The notes under the pieces were generated by a model. That model had not been told where the DNA came from. It did not search any database and worked only from the letters and a program-made list of their open reading frames with translations. A stretch of 50,311 bases of DNA, counting the filler, from Catajapyx aquilonaris (lineage: Eukaryota), in NCBI GenBank assembly GCA_000934665.2. It is 3 parts of 3 records of this genome, joined end to end, with 100 filler letters (N's around TTAATTAATTAA, not from the genome) between each part and the next. Parts side by side here need not be neighbours in the genome. Positions count along the whole stretch, not along the records: positions 1 to 16,582 come from JYFJ02007164.1; 2 more parts are not named here. One strand, written 5' to 3'. Numbering within the stretch: the first letter of the stretch is position 1; every line of letters starts with the position of its first letter. Positions 1 to 11,459 of the stretch are shown piece by piece. Made by a program: the position numbers and the translations under genes.

Positions 1-583
1 TTTCCCCTTATAATCCTCGCGGCAAGTATATGGTTCGAATCTCCCGCCGCTCCCCCAAATATTTTTTCGGGACCTTCCCACCGGCCCACAGAAAATCAGG
101 GCGGGCCAATGTGTGCGCCCTGGTCAGTTTGGAATTTAGGCAATGCCAAATTTCACCTGGGGTGGGCCTGGCGGCCGTGGTGGGAGGACCAGTTTTCCCC
201 TTATAATCCTCGCGGCAAGTATATGGTTCGAATCTCCCGCCGCTCCCCCAAATATTTTTTCGGGACCTTCCCACCGGCCCACAGAAAATCTGGGCGGGCC
301 AAAGTGTGCGCCCTGGTCAGTTTGGAATTTAGGCAATGCCAAATTTCACCTGGGGTGGGCCTGGCGGCCGTGGTGGGAGGACCAGTTTTCCCCTTATAAT
401 CCTCGCGGCAAGTATATGGTTCGAATCTCCCGCCGCTCCCCAAATATATTTTTCGGGACCTTCCCACCGGCCCACTGATATTCTGGACCTGCCAAATTGT
501 GCCACGTCACGTGATCGGAATTTCGGCAATGCCAAATTTTCCCTACGGTGGCCCTGGGGGCCCGTGGTGGGAGGACCAGTTTG
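1..583 (+). repeat. 193-bp tandem repeat, about 3 copies (last one diverged)
   Basis: tttccccttataatcctcgcggcaag recurs at 1, 194 and 387. Each unit carries a B-box-like GGTTCGAATC. Confidence 0.95.
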
Positions 584-849
584 CGGTGCGCAGGTGGTGG
601 CTGCATATAGGGCGCCTCCCAGACACTTCTATTCCAGGCATGCGGTCTTGGCCGTGATCCTTTGATGCCCGCCTCCGAATCGGGCGGCCCTGGGTTCGAG
701 CCCGGCTCGGCGCTGCTGGGGATTTTTCATTTCGCAAACTCGGGCGACGGTGCTGCCACTGCCGCGGGGGCCCGCCGCTGCTTTTAAACGCGTAGCTCCT
801 CGGCGAGCCTCCTGATTGGCTGGAGACTCTTCCCACGCATATTTACTAG
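1..849 (+). mobile_element. Probable 3' part of a non-autonomous Helitron-like element containing the tandem array and a tRNA-like segment
   Basis: The GC-rich block ends abruptly at ...catatttaCTAG|t (846-849). Internal tandem repeats are common in such elements. tRNA-like segment at ~642-712 with GGGTTCGAGCCC. Confidence 0.4.
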
Positions 850-1313
850 TTACACAGATCGCCGCATTAGCGCTTTACCATGTTAAACTCGCATAGACGG
901 TGGCGCCACTGCGGAATTTTTCCATGAGGCTCCGGAAGCCGCTATGGAATACTACTAATATGAATCTCTGCTCAGAAGGTTTCTGTCAGGCACGGTTTTT
1001 GAGATATATCATTTTAAAGTTTGGACCGGTTCACTAGGGGTCTTTCCGAATCAAGTGAGCCACAATGTTTTTACATCATCTCGGATCTTGGTGAAAATAA
1101 TCACAGATGTACAGACATATGCCATAATGCTGTATATCACGTTTCAACCACATTGCACAATACCATTGGGAGGGGAAAAATCGAGAAACTTGGAAAATGG
1201 CAGTGTCTGAACAAGTGACCAATGAAATGTAAAAATAAATTATTGTTACATTTTAGAGAAAATCTAATTCCATGGGCGCATTCACCTGGTGTTTCTCTTT
1301 CTTTTGATATATA

Positions 1314-1394
1314 CTAGGAAAATCCTCGCTCCGCTCGCCTTTTCCTAGGGCGCAGGCCTAGAAAACCACTCGCTTCGCTCGCTGTTTTCTAGGC
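1314..1394 (-). mobile_element. Helitron-like 3' terminus with two stem-loops
   Basis: tatata|ctaggaaaa-tcctcgctccgctcgcc-ttttcctag and ggcctagaaaac-cactcgcttcgctcgct-gttttctaggcc. Reads CTAG-3' followed by T on the minus strand. Confidence 0.45.
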
Positions 1395-1739
1395 CAGCGG
1401 CCTGCGGTGTAGGCCACGTTCTTAATGATGCTCACCCAACAATTACCCTCATCATACTCCCCTCCCCCCTCCTTATATTAAACCTTTGACGGCTAATACA
1501 TCATAATATTACGATGTCCTGATGGTTTGTGAATTTAGCCCTCGAGGATGTGCATAGAGAAGGCGAACTTTTCAGTGTCAATCTCGGTTCAGTATGCTCC
1601 TGCCATCTCCTGGATTGTGACTCAACTACCATGGCAACTCCAGATTCCCCCCTCCCCCTTGTTCCCGCCAAGTTGAGTCGTATATGCCAAGGTCACGTTG
1701 CTCCCACATGATCGTTTATGTAACCATGTTCCCTCAGTA

Positions 1740-2257
1740 CAGGGTGCTCCGTAAAGTATGGACTCTTGGGAGGGGTTTTTTTTTTCAAAGTTACCCCGTG
1801 ATATGGCAGAGCCTTTTTAGGGGGGGTTACTCCATTTTTCTAGATTTTAACTTCAATATCCGGTGCAAGGAGTCAAGGATGTAGGGGAGGGGTAGGGATT
1901 TTTGGGGAGGGAATGTAGGTGCAAGTGCAAGATCTGTAAAGGGGTCATGTGCTGTTCCCCAGGAGGTTAGGTTGCCAGACACCTCCTTGGTGCAGGTCAG
2001 AGACCCTCCTGATGCAGGTGAAAGGAAAGTTCCCCAGGCGGGGATCGAGCCTGGGGCATTTCACTCAGCAAGCCGAGACGTTATCATCTCGGCCATCTAC
2101 ACCTCCCCGACCCTTGGGAGTTTATCAGAGTACAGTGTTGTGGTAATATTATGTAACCATAAGAACAATGTACCATAGTCACTGAGTAACCTTGTGAGGC
2201 CTATCGACTTTCTGAGAGCCGGACGATTCTGAAAAGTTTATTATGCGGGACACCCTG
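1740..2257. mobile_element. Tc1/mariner-type MITE (TA target) carrying a nested SINE
   Basis: TA|CAGGGTG at 1738-1746 and CACCCTG|TA at 2251-2259. Confidence 0.6.
1773..2108 (-). mobile_element. tRNA-derived SINE, family A
   Basis: Reverse complement of the copy at 20228-20572. A/B boxes, T-run tail on the plus strand, and a 12-bp TSD gacYcttgggag at 1761-1772 and 2109-2120. Confidence 0.9.
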
Positions 2258-2671
2258 TATATGAATTTTTCTCTGGCATTTGACAATCAAAGGGACCACC
2301 ACGAATTTAAATGATTAAATTTTGGCTCAAAGTTGTTATTCATTAATATCACTCCTACATTGAATTTTGAACAAAAAGAAGGAAAGAAACGGCCCAGAAA
2401 CGTGCCAGAAACTTGTGAAAGGATTAAGGGTGCCCAATTTGAAAATACATCTCCCATCTGTGGTTCCAATGATGGCTGTGATTCAAGGTGGCGAACAGAG
2501 CTTACCCATCAGTGTTTATACAACAATACAGCTGGGCGACCCTACAGTCTGTACACATAGGTACACTGTACTCCCGATTATTATCCAAGCTAATGACTGC
2601 ACGGGTGTTGCCAGATAACTCCACTGAAAACTCCAGCTAATGAATGTCATCAAGTTACATCTACCCAAGGC

Positions 2672-3316
2672 ATGGAAAAAGAAGCAATGTGTGTGAAGTT
2701 TGATTCATGGAAGGACTTTTTGAAGTGGAAGGATGATGAAGAGGAAGCTACTTACACATGTTATACAAAGCAGGGAGGTCCAAAGATTGTTTGTCATGGG
2801 ATTGTTTATCATTATTACAAGTGTGTGTTTAATGGGAGGGAGGATAAAACTCACAGAAAAAGCACTGAGTCAAGCGACAAAACAAGGAAATGGGGAAAAG
2901 GTCAGGCCACTGTGGATCAAAAGTGTCCAGCCCAAATTAATGTAAAGGTTGATGAGGGAGGCTACCATGTTGCATTTGTGAGGACACACAACCATGAAAA
3001 TAAATCTGAGAACTTGCAATTCTTTCGGCTCTCTGAAAAGGTCAAGTCATTTGTGATTAGTCAGTGTAAGCTTGGTTTTTGTCCCAGAGAAATCCACAAG
3101 CAACTCTCGGGTGATGCGGGAGACTTCGACAACCGGGTAAATTTTTCATACCAGCAGAGGCACTTAATTAGTTTTGAAGAAGTGAACAGAATAATTAATA
3201 AACATAAGAAACCAGTTCAACATATAGCAGATTCTCTATCAGTGGCCACCCTTGTATTGGACCTTACTGAGAAATTCAGAAACAATCCAGTCTTCTTAGT
3301 ATTATAAACCTCAATA
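2672..3316 (+). pseudogene. Mutator/MULE transposase N-terminal part (WRKY/GCM1-like Zn finger)
   Basis: YYKC...KCPAQINVK...VRTHNH, then NPV..YKPQ after a frameshift. The coding sequence resumes at 8645 after nested insertions. Confidence 0.75.
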
Positions 3317-3561
3317 GTCCGTTTGTTATGGGACAGAAAAGGGCTTGACCTTGCGGATTGTGATTAAAGCATGCCACTTGGCACAGGTGTACTATGGACC
3401 AAACACTATCGATTCAGCCTGGTAGTCACACCCGAGTGACCTGCAGGTCACCGGGAGGTCACGTCATCTACCCAAAAAGGGGTGTTCCCATTCACCGGCT
3501 GTAGCGGGCGTACGGTTTACGTTAGGTCACTCGTTCCTTCGTTATTATGATCTACGCACTA

Positions 3562-5173
3562 CATAGGATTTTATTGGACCGGCCATGCCCGTTAAGGCCC
3601 AACAGCCCACTCGCTCATACAAACATAATACAAAATAAAACAACTACGATGCCCAATCATCCATAATCCACTCATCCAGACAACAGTCCACCAGTCATCA
3701 TTCATATTCCAGTCATCCATCATCAAGTCATCCAGTCATAAGCAACCAGTCAACCATCAAGTCATCCAGTAAGGCCATCCCTCAAGTCATCCATCATCGA
3801 TTCATACGCCACCAATCATCCAACATCAGTCCACCAGACATCCTCCATCATCAGGCAGTGGCCCCTCCTGCCCCCCGGAAGTCCCTATTGAGGTTGCTCC
3901 GTATACCATCAGTCTCTAGGCAGAAACGACTAAAAGCTTCTGGGATTACAATGAAGCTGCTCTTGTTGCACGGCCAACCCAGGCCCTTGGACACCGCCGC
4001 ACATAACAGTTGACCCCGTGCTCTCAAAACCTCTGGTAACCTGCAATCCCACAACACGTGTTCAGGGTCCTGCCTTCCTAAGCCGCACGAACATCTGGCA
4101 CTCTCCTCGGCTCCTTTGTCAAAAAATCTCGAGAGATAGGCCCGGAATGGGCCGTGACCCGAGATGAAACGGGCAACATGACCATGAACGTGTCTCCTGA
4201 TGTCTGGCAGGAAGGCACGGCTCCAAGTCCTCCCAACCACTTCCCAACGACTCTGCCACAGTTCCAAAATGTGCTGTTTCATCCTCTGGTTCACCGCTGA
4301 TCTATGTTCAGGTAGGAACACGCGGCCAACTGACTGGTCCGCCGCCCGTCTTGCCTCCTCATCTGCACGCTCATTCCCAGACACCCCAGCGTGGCCCTTC
4401 ACCCAAAACAGAGAAACCACCGCTGGGATGTCCCGCTTAATATCCCTTATCCTAGCTGCCACCGTCCTCTGCATCCTCGGATCAGCCAACGCCATAAGTG
4501 CTGACAGGGAGTCAGAGGCGATGCCAGCACTACTGCCTGTGGGAAGCCCCAACTCACTTAACGTCTCCATGGCTCGTCCCACCATCTCCAATTCCACATC
4601 AAAAATACCAGCCGTATGCGAAAAAGGCAATCTCCTCGTGAACATCTCCCTTTCGGCTCCATCGTAGACCACCAGAGCCCCTCCAGCTTTCCTGCCCTGG
4701 GTGACGGATCCGTCCGTGAAGATCACCACATCATTAACCAGCTCCTCGGTCCATCGTCCTATGTCGAGGCGCTCCCAAGTCCAAGGAGGGACCAGGTGCC
4801 GCAAATCCAGATTCCTGACCGTCAGACCTTCAGACTCCCTCTTCTTGAAGATCCGGTAGGCTTCGTGCATCCCCCTGGCTTGTAGATCGGGAGGGACATT
4901 TCCGGCAAGCACGTTCAAGAGTGCATTCGACGTCGTCCGGTAGGTCCTTGTTGTGGCCAACAGTAGCGGACGAATGGCCGCCTGGAGACTAGAACGAATC
5001 AGCTTGCCTGTAGCACGTTCCCCCCAAATCTCTGCACCGAATAGCAACATCGGGAGGATGGCACTCTTCAACACTCTCCACCTGCTACTAGGGGTCATCC
5101 CCCAGCGGGTTCCTGCCACCCTCCAGACTCTGGCCGCCAATCTTCGAACCTTATCCCTCACTAGTCGAGCACC
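3562..5173 (-). mobile_element. 5'-truncated non-LTR retrotransposon, R1/LOA-type, with RNase H
   Basis: Exact 15-bp TSD atgatctacgcacta at 3547-3561 and 5174-5188. AATAAA near the 3' end with no poly(A). 3' UTR is rich in short (gatgactg/gatgga) repeats. Confidence 0.9.
3851..5161 (-). CDS. LINE ORF2 C-terminal part: post-RT region, RNase H and CCHC zinc knuckle
   Basis: YRTTSNALLNVLAGNVPPDL; IFTDGS...SDSLSAL...WVKGHAGVSGNERAD; SGHG...CSCG...EHVLWDC. Open for 436 aa. Confidence 0.9.
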   Translation of the reverse strand: MRDKVRRLAARVWRVAGTRWGMTPSSRWRVLKSAILPMLLFGAEIWGERATGKLIRSSLQAAIRPLLLATTRTYRTTSNALLNVLAGNVPPDLQARGMHEAYRIFKKRESEGLTVRNLDLRHLVPPWTWERLDIGRWTEELVNDVVIFTDGSVTQGRKAGGALVVYDGAEREMFTRRLPFSHTAGIFDVELEMVGRAMETLSELGLPTGSSAGIASDSLSALMALADPRMQRTVAARIRDIKRDIPAVVSLFWVKGHAGVSGNERADEEARRAADQSVGRVFLPEHRSAVNQRMKQHILELWQSRWEVVGRTWSRAFLPDIRRHVHGHVARFISGHGPFRAYLSRFFDKGAEESARCSCGLGRQDPEHVLWDCRLPEVLRARGQLLCAAVSKGLGWPCNKSSFIVIPEAFSRFCLETDGIRSNLNRDFRGAGGATA

Positions 5174-5789
5174 ATGATCTACGCACTATGACGCTTGATT
5201 GATGTCATAAGTATGTTGGTCGTATTTGCTATTACTAGCGTGCAAAATAGCAATGAAGTCCGCTGAAGTGATTATTAAGAGGGAAATTTTACGTGAAATT
5301 GTTTTTTTTGTTTCTGAACACTGAGGCATTTCATGAGAAAAATGTTCCTATGAAAAGCCATCCCGCACCGAGACTTTTTAGTGGAAGCGGTACAACACGA
5401 AAAACGGTCACATGCTGCAAAATGTTGCACAAACGTTCCATAGACCAAGACGACCAATTTGACCCGCAGCACCCTGACCCCTGACCTTGTGGGGTCAAAT
5501 GGAGGGGGTACCCACTCGACTGTAAAATGTACACCGGAGTACCAAATTCAAGGAGAAGGAGTACCTGGGAGTACCTAAGGAGTACCTAAGGATTATACAC
5601 AACCTTTGACTCCCCTGATAGCATGTAAGCCTCGATCGACTTGATTGCTTAAAAATGGATTTGAAACAACAACAAAAAAAGAAGTCAGATGATGAGTAGG
5701 CCTGTAGAACGATGCGAGGTTATAGTACTCGTGCCAGTATAAGGCGCATGAGGATGCTTGGTGCGACATTGTGTTTTTTTGTGTGATGA

Positions 5790-5870
5790 CTGATGACAAT
5801 GATGATGATGATGATGTGATGATTAGAGTCAAAGAGAGAGAGAGAGAGAGAAAAAGAGAGTGAGAGAAGC
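5790..5870. repeat. (GAT)n and (GA)n microsatellites
   Basis: Seen directly in the sequence. Confidence 0.85.
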
Positions 5871-6359
5871 GAGGACATGTGGGATGGGATTATTGTGTCT
5901 TCTGCGATGTCTTGTACATTATAAAACTAATTCAACCCTTTCCCCCTCCCCTTGAAGTTAAAAAAAAGAAAACTCCAAAACCTCCACCCAATTTCAATTC
6001 ACCAATTAATTTATTATAATTTTTGTATTTCTTTCCACCATTCTCTCGAACGAAAGCATTTTTCAAAACACTAAGTAAAACACTCCTTTTATCAAGATGA
6101 AAAAAAGAAGAAATTAAGTGTTCATAGTTTCTGCCGATGGTAACAAGTAAATGCTTTGCCGTTTTGCACTGATCACCAGCTACATTTTGTGTTGTAAAAA
6201 TAGGGAATCCAAACCGAAAAGGAAGAAGGGGCGGGGAAAACTGGAAAAGCCGCGAAAATAATGGTTTCTGATAACATACTGTATAATGAATATGCCTTTT
6301 TTACTTAATATAACTGAAACACAAATTATCACATTCTTTTACTTAACACATAAGGCTGA

Positions 6360-8644
6360 AAATTGTAACCTAAATCAAATATTTTATGGTGATTGTTGAA
6401 TTTTGTGGCGCCCTTTCTTTACAATAAGTACATGCTGGAGAGAGTGTCAGTATCGAAGTAGCGCAGTGGTCTAGTGGTTAAGACTCTCTCTTCGTAACCT
6501 GAAGGTTGAAGGATCGAATCCTGAAAGGAAGACGTCGTTTCTTTTTATCGCTATGGACCTTTGTCTCTGCCTGACTTCATCTCGCATCTTACATTTATTT
6601 CTCTTTGAAGTGCATCTGGTAAATAGGCTAGACCTTCTTGCCACCCACAGTTCCGTTGAAGCAGAGCGTGGTTCTGTGGAAACGCGTCGGACTCTCGATC
6701 GAAGGGTCCTGGGATCTAATCCCGGGGCTTCTTCGGTTGTGGTCAGGCAAAGAAAAAGATATTTGCAGCCGACATCTCTGGCCAAGATGGCGACTGTTTC
6801 TCCGGTGAAACATCTTCCGAGTTGACACTTAGAGGATGTGGAGGAGAAGGAGGGTGGAGAGGGAGAGGGGGAGGAAGAGGGGGGAGGGGAGGATTTTCTT
6901 TGGAAATTTTTAAGACACCTGCTTAATGGGAGGGGGCGGTCACTTTTTTCGAAGAAAAAAGTCTTAAATTTAATCATTCAAAAATTGAAGAATTCAGGTT
7001 TGTGTGGGCCATCCCCAGCCCCCACCCTACCGCTGCCCAAGTGGGTGCATTTACCTTATACCTGGGAGTTCCATTCTCAAACCTATCACCCCCCAAAAAT
7101 TTGCTCCCAGAAATTTAACTATAGGTCCAATAAAATCACCAGCACATGCAAATGATTCGGCACAATTTTTAGGTCATTTTCAATGGGGTGTTGCAGGCTG
7201 ACCTTTGACCTGAAAGGCCCTAGTGTTAGGTTTTTGGTCTGGGGCCAGGCCCTACCTCGGTCTCCATCTGTCGGGTCTCTCGTAATGAGACTGTACAGAG
7301 CACAGTACATAGATATACAGTATATCTCTCGATGTGAGGTAGTATCCCCTAGCCAAATGTAGCAGTCCCAGTTGGCTGGTATCAGTATGAATGTGACGTA
7401 GGCGAGTGGTCACCTCTTGGGGTCATCAGGACGGACATTCGGCATCACCGTTTCGTGGCATTGCTCTATGGATTAATAAAATAATAAATCCCCACCCGCT
7501 TCTGCTGTGGGTGCTGGAGATGCGCAGATCGTTCGACGCGGTTTTAGATAGGCAAATTTTCGTGTAGGCTTGGCCACCACCTTCCTGTCTCTTTGACCTT
7601 ACATATTCCCCCTTTTCCGCCCCCGCCCCGCTACCCACAAGGACAGGCGGACTCCTACAGTACATTTGGCTGCCAGGCTAGGGGCATACTATCTTCACAT
7701 CGAGAGATATATACTATATATCTATGTACTGTGCTCTGTATACAGTCTCATTACTAGAGACCCGACAGATGGAGACCGAGGTAGGGCCTGGCCCCAGAAC
7801 AAAAACCTAATACTAGGGCCTTTCAGGTCAAAGGTCAGCCTGCAACACCCCATTGAAAATGACCTAAAAATTGTGCCGAATCATTTGCATGTGCTGGTGA
7901 TTTTATTGGACCTATAGTTAAATTTCTGGGAGCAAATTTTGGGGGGGGGGGGGGTGNCACCCACTTGGGCAGCGGTAGGGTGGGGGCTGGGGATGGCCCA
8001 CACAAACCTGAATTCTTCAATTTTTGAATGATTAAATTTAAGACTTTTTCTTCGAAAAAAGTGACCGCACCCTCCCATTAAGCAGGTGTCTTAAAAATTT
8101 CCAAAGAAAATCCTCCCCTCCCCCCTCTTCCTCCCCCTCTCCACCCTCCTTCTCCTCCACATCCTTTAAGTGTCAACTCGGAAGATGTTTCACCGGAGAA
8201 ACAGCCGCCATCTTGGCCAGAGATGTCGGCTGCAAATATCTTTTTCTTTGCCTGACCACAACCGAAGAAGCCCCGGGATTAGATCCCAGGACCCTTCGAT
8301 CGAGAGTCCGACGCGTTTCCACAGAACCACGCTCTGCTTCAACGGAACTGTGGGTGGCAAGAAGGTCTAGCCTATTTACCAGGTGCACTTCAAAGAGAAA
8401 TAAATGTAAGATGCGAGATGAAGTCAGGCAGAGACAAAGGTCCATAGCGATAAAAAGAAACGACGCCTTTTTTTCAGGATTCGATCCTTCAACCTGCAGG
8501 TTAACGGTACGAAGAGAGAGTCTTAACCACTAGACCACTGCGCTACTTCGATACTGACACTCTCTCCAGCATGTACTTATTGTAAAGAAAGGGCGCCACA
8601 AAATTCAACAATCACCATAAAATATTTGATTTAGGTTACAATTT
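6360..8644. repeat. ~1-kb highly similar inverted repeat (arms ~6360-7361 and ~7661-8644, ~300-bp spacer)
   Basis: Arms are reverse complements, e.g. near-identical spurious ORFs at 6553+ and 8173-. Each arm holds two tRNA-like A/B-box modules (~6458-6523 and ~6661-6730 in the left arm). Confidence 0.95.
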
Positions 8645-11459
8645 AGGCATTTACGCTGTCATTTTCATGTTTTGAGTAACTGGAAAGATGCACTGATAGC
8701 GCATGACATTGCAAAACGTGACCGGGAAGATATGTTAAAGCATCTGAAACTTATTCTTTACGCTTCCCATGAACCCAAGCTTCAAGCTCAGCTGGGCTTG
8801 TTTTTGAAGAAATATGCTAGATTTTCTGGATTTGTGAATTACTTCAAGAGTTACTACATTCCCAAACAAGAAATGTGGGCCATGTGCTATAGAAATTTTC
8901 CACATGGTAGGACCAATACCAATAATTATTGTGAAGGGTTTCACAGTAGACTCAAGAACGATTACTTTGAGAAAAGGGGCAATAGCAGGGTAGGTAATTT
9001 AATTAAAGCGCTGTTGGATATTGAATGGTCAAATTTTATCTATGTTATGGGTGAAGAAATTTGAGATTTACAAAATTGGTACCCCTTGCACCGGAGATCT
9101 CATTCAGGGTAGGCATGACAGGGGAATGAGCATAGCAGATGCCGATGTTCAACAGTTGTCATCTGCAATATGGAGAGTTATTTCACAGACGTACAAATCC
9201 ACGGAAAGTCTGTGGTACACTGTCACCTTGGTGTCAGTTGATTGCACTACTTGCACGGCTGTTGATTATCACAACCGTTGCATAGACCCAGCTTGTCCTG
9301 ATTTGTGTATTCACAACTACAGGCGTGACTGTCCAGATGACATCTATTTGTGCAAGCACATTCATAAAGTACATGCAGTAACGATTTCCACTGCACATGC
9401 TACTGATTCTGATAATTGTGTGCAACCAATTAGTCAATTAGTATTAAATGATCATAATTACACTACTATACTCCATTAGTTAAAAAAGCAGCTGTAGAAT
9501 CAAGTTTGCCAGCAGAACGTCATGGTAGGCCTAATGCAAGAAACATTCCTGAATTACGAGAAATTGTCGCATGTTTGTGCGATTTTAAACGTACTAGCAA
9601 GCGTCCGGGAAAGCGTAAATATGGAAGTAGTTTGTTTGACAACAATGGGAGTTCCAAGCGGCGACGGCGTAATGCTGTGCAAAGTAGTACAATCCCTGTG
9701 ACTGCACCGCTTACAGCCAGTGACTCTGCACCACAAGCTAATCCCTGTTCTCAATCGCCTGCATTTTCAGCTAATGCTTCTAAGCCTTTATTTACACCGC
9801 AAATTAATTCGACAACAGATTTAAGGTGGAAATGAAGCGACTTGCTAGTCAAATGAGAGTCTAGAATTGGAATGTTAATAAGAAGGGCTAAAATCAGGGA
9901 AACATATGCAGCCGATGCAGCAGCAAATGCTGTTCAATCCTATGCATTCCATTCGAATCTGCGTTTTAAACTCGATTTAATATGGGCCTATTACCGGCTG
10001 CAAGTTCTTGTGCGCAGGCGCCATTTACACACTTGCCAACTTAAACATGGAATTTAGAGGTATGGTTAATATTTATTATTTTGGATGGAAATCGATTTTA
10101 TTCGGTCGTAATTACGAGGTCCCAATTTGTCATGGCATTTTTAAAAGTTTAGTTCCGAAAGGGGAGCCTGTAGCTCTTCATTTGTGTCGGATTTGGAACA
10201 CGTTCAGTTGGTACGCGTGTGACAGATAGAAGCGGCAACGCAGCAAAGGTCCAGGCCGATTATCGCGTAGCAGTATGTGACGTCATTGCCGGGTGGATTC
10301 GATTCATTCGATTATTATATTATAATTATAACTATATAAACTAATAAAACGGTTCTGACGTCTGACAAACACCCCCGCCAAACGAAAATCCTGTGTGAGC
10401 CATCGTAAAAACCATCATACTTGTACTCATATTTCGCGGTCGCTACCGTAAACAACGCTGTGTTGCCACGTCCTCACTCGAGTGGAGCAATGTGACGTCA
10501 CTGGATCATTTTCGGATCGTTTTTCAGCAATACAAATTGAAAGAGCATGGTGAGGTAGGTTTTTCTTTTTGCGGTTACGATCAGTATATAGTTCCCGACA
10601 TATTCCACATTAAATTTTAAAATTCTCATTTTCTTATCATTTTTTTGTGGACTACTGAAAATTCTGCCATAAGGGCCCATGTTAAATCGCGAACTTCTGA
10701 GCCCTCTAGTTCGCTAATTTGCATGGTGACGTGTATTTTTCTTTGCACCATTGATAAGAGGACACAAAACTGCGTAACATATGTTTTTTTCATAAAATTC
10801 TCATTCAGTGACTCTAGCTTCATTTCCACCTTAAAGGAAGTAATTTTTGAAGTAGGACCATATCTGATGCAGTTTTATGAATTAAAAGCACTTGAACCAC
10901 CAGGATCGATATGTACAACCATGGGAAGTTTCTCTTTTGCAGAAGGTCTCATCGGGCTTTCAAGCAAGTTGGTTCTATGATACTATTATCAATGCATTTT
11001 TGCACACCCTGTGCTTTGACAGGGGTGGCAATAACATAAATAATGCTTGCTTCATTGACACTGATCAAGTGCAGTCGATTGTTGCATATGGGATTGAGAA
11101 GTATAACAGGTCTCTGGAGTGGCATTAAGCGCAGCAGCATAACCCTGGTAATCATTGGGTTTTGTTTTTATGCATGCCAAAGGCACAGCCTCCTACATTT
11201 GAATATTATGATTTATGATCCCTTTGGTAATGGACCCACTATGAGAACTATAACAGTTTGGTGTAAATTGATTCAAGAACTGAAATATTTCAAAGAATTT
11301 TCGTTTATTAATTGGAATTCGGTAGCCCTCAACCAAAGGGACCAGCAGGATGGACATGACTGTGGTCCACGTATTTGTTATTTTGCAGAACGCAGAGTTA
11401 GAGGAGGCATTACAGCTTATAAATCCGAAGTATACGTAATCATATTTATACCATGCTGA
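8645..11459 (+). pseudogene. MULE transposase C-terminal part, SWIM finger and Ulp1 (C48) protease-like domain; frameshifted and interrupted
   Basis: RHLRCHFHV (CxxH motif), RTNTNNYCEGFHSRLK, DCPDDIYLCKHIHKVH (SWIM). After removing the 9825-10830 insert the frame continues TDLKEVIFEVG...; then YDTIINAFL, IYDPFG and QQDGHDCGPRIC (Ulp1 Gln/Cys motif). Confidence 0.75.
9825..10830. mobile_element. Kolobok-type non-autonomous DNA transposon
   Basis: TTAA|GGTGGAAATGAAGC ... GCTTCATTTCCACC|TTAA. TTAA TSD, purine-purine termini, and imperfect symmetry extending ~150 bp (atgggcc/ggcccat). Confidence 0.8.

Noticed and set aside
8..836. Repeated ORFs in the 193-bp array
   Set aside because: Translations of a GC-rich tandem repeat with no protein motifs.
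6458..6730. Functional tRNA genes
   Set aside because: A/B boxes are present, but acceptor and other stems pair poorly and the modules sit inside a duplicated repeat. Treated as tRNA-derived.
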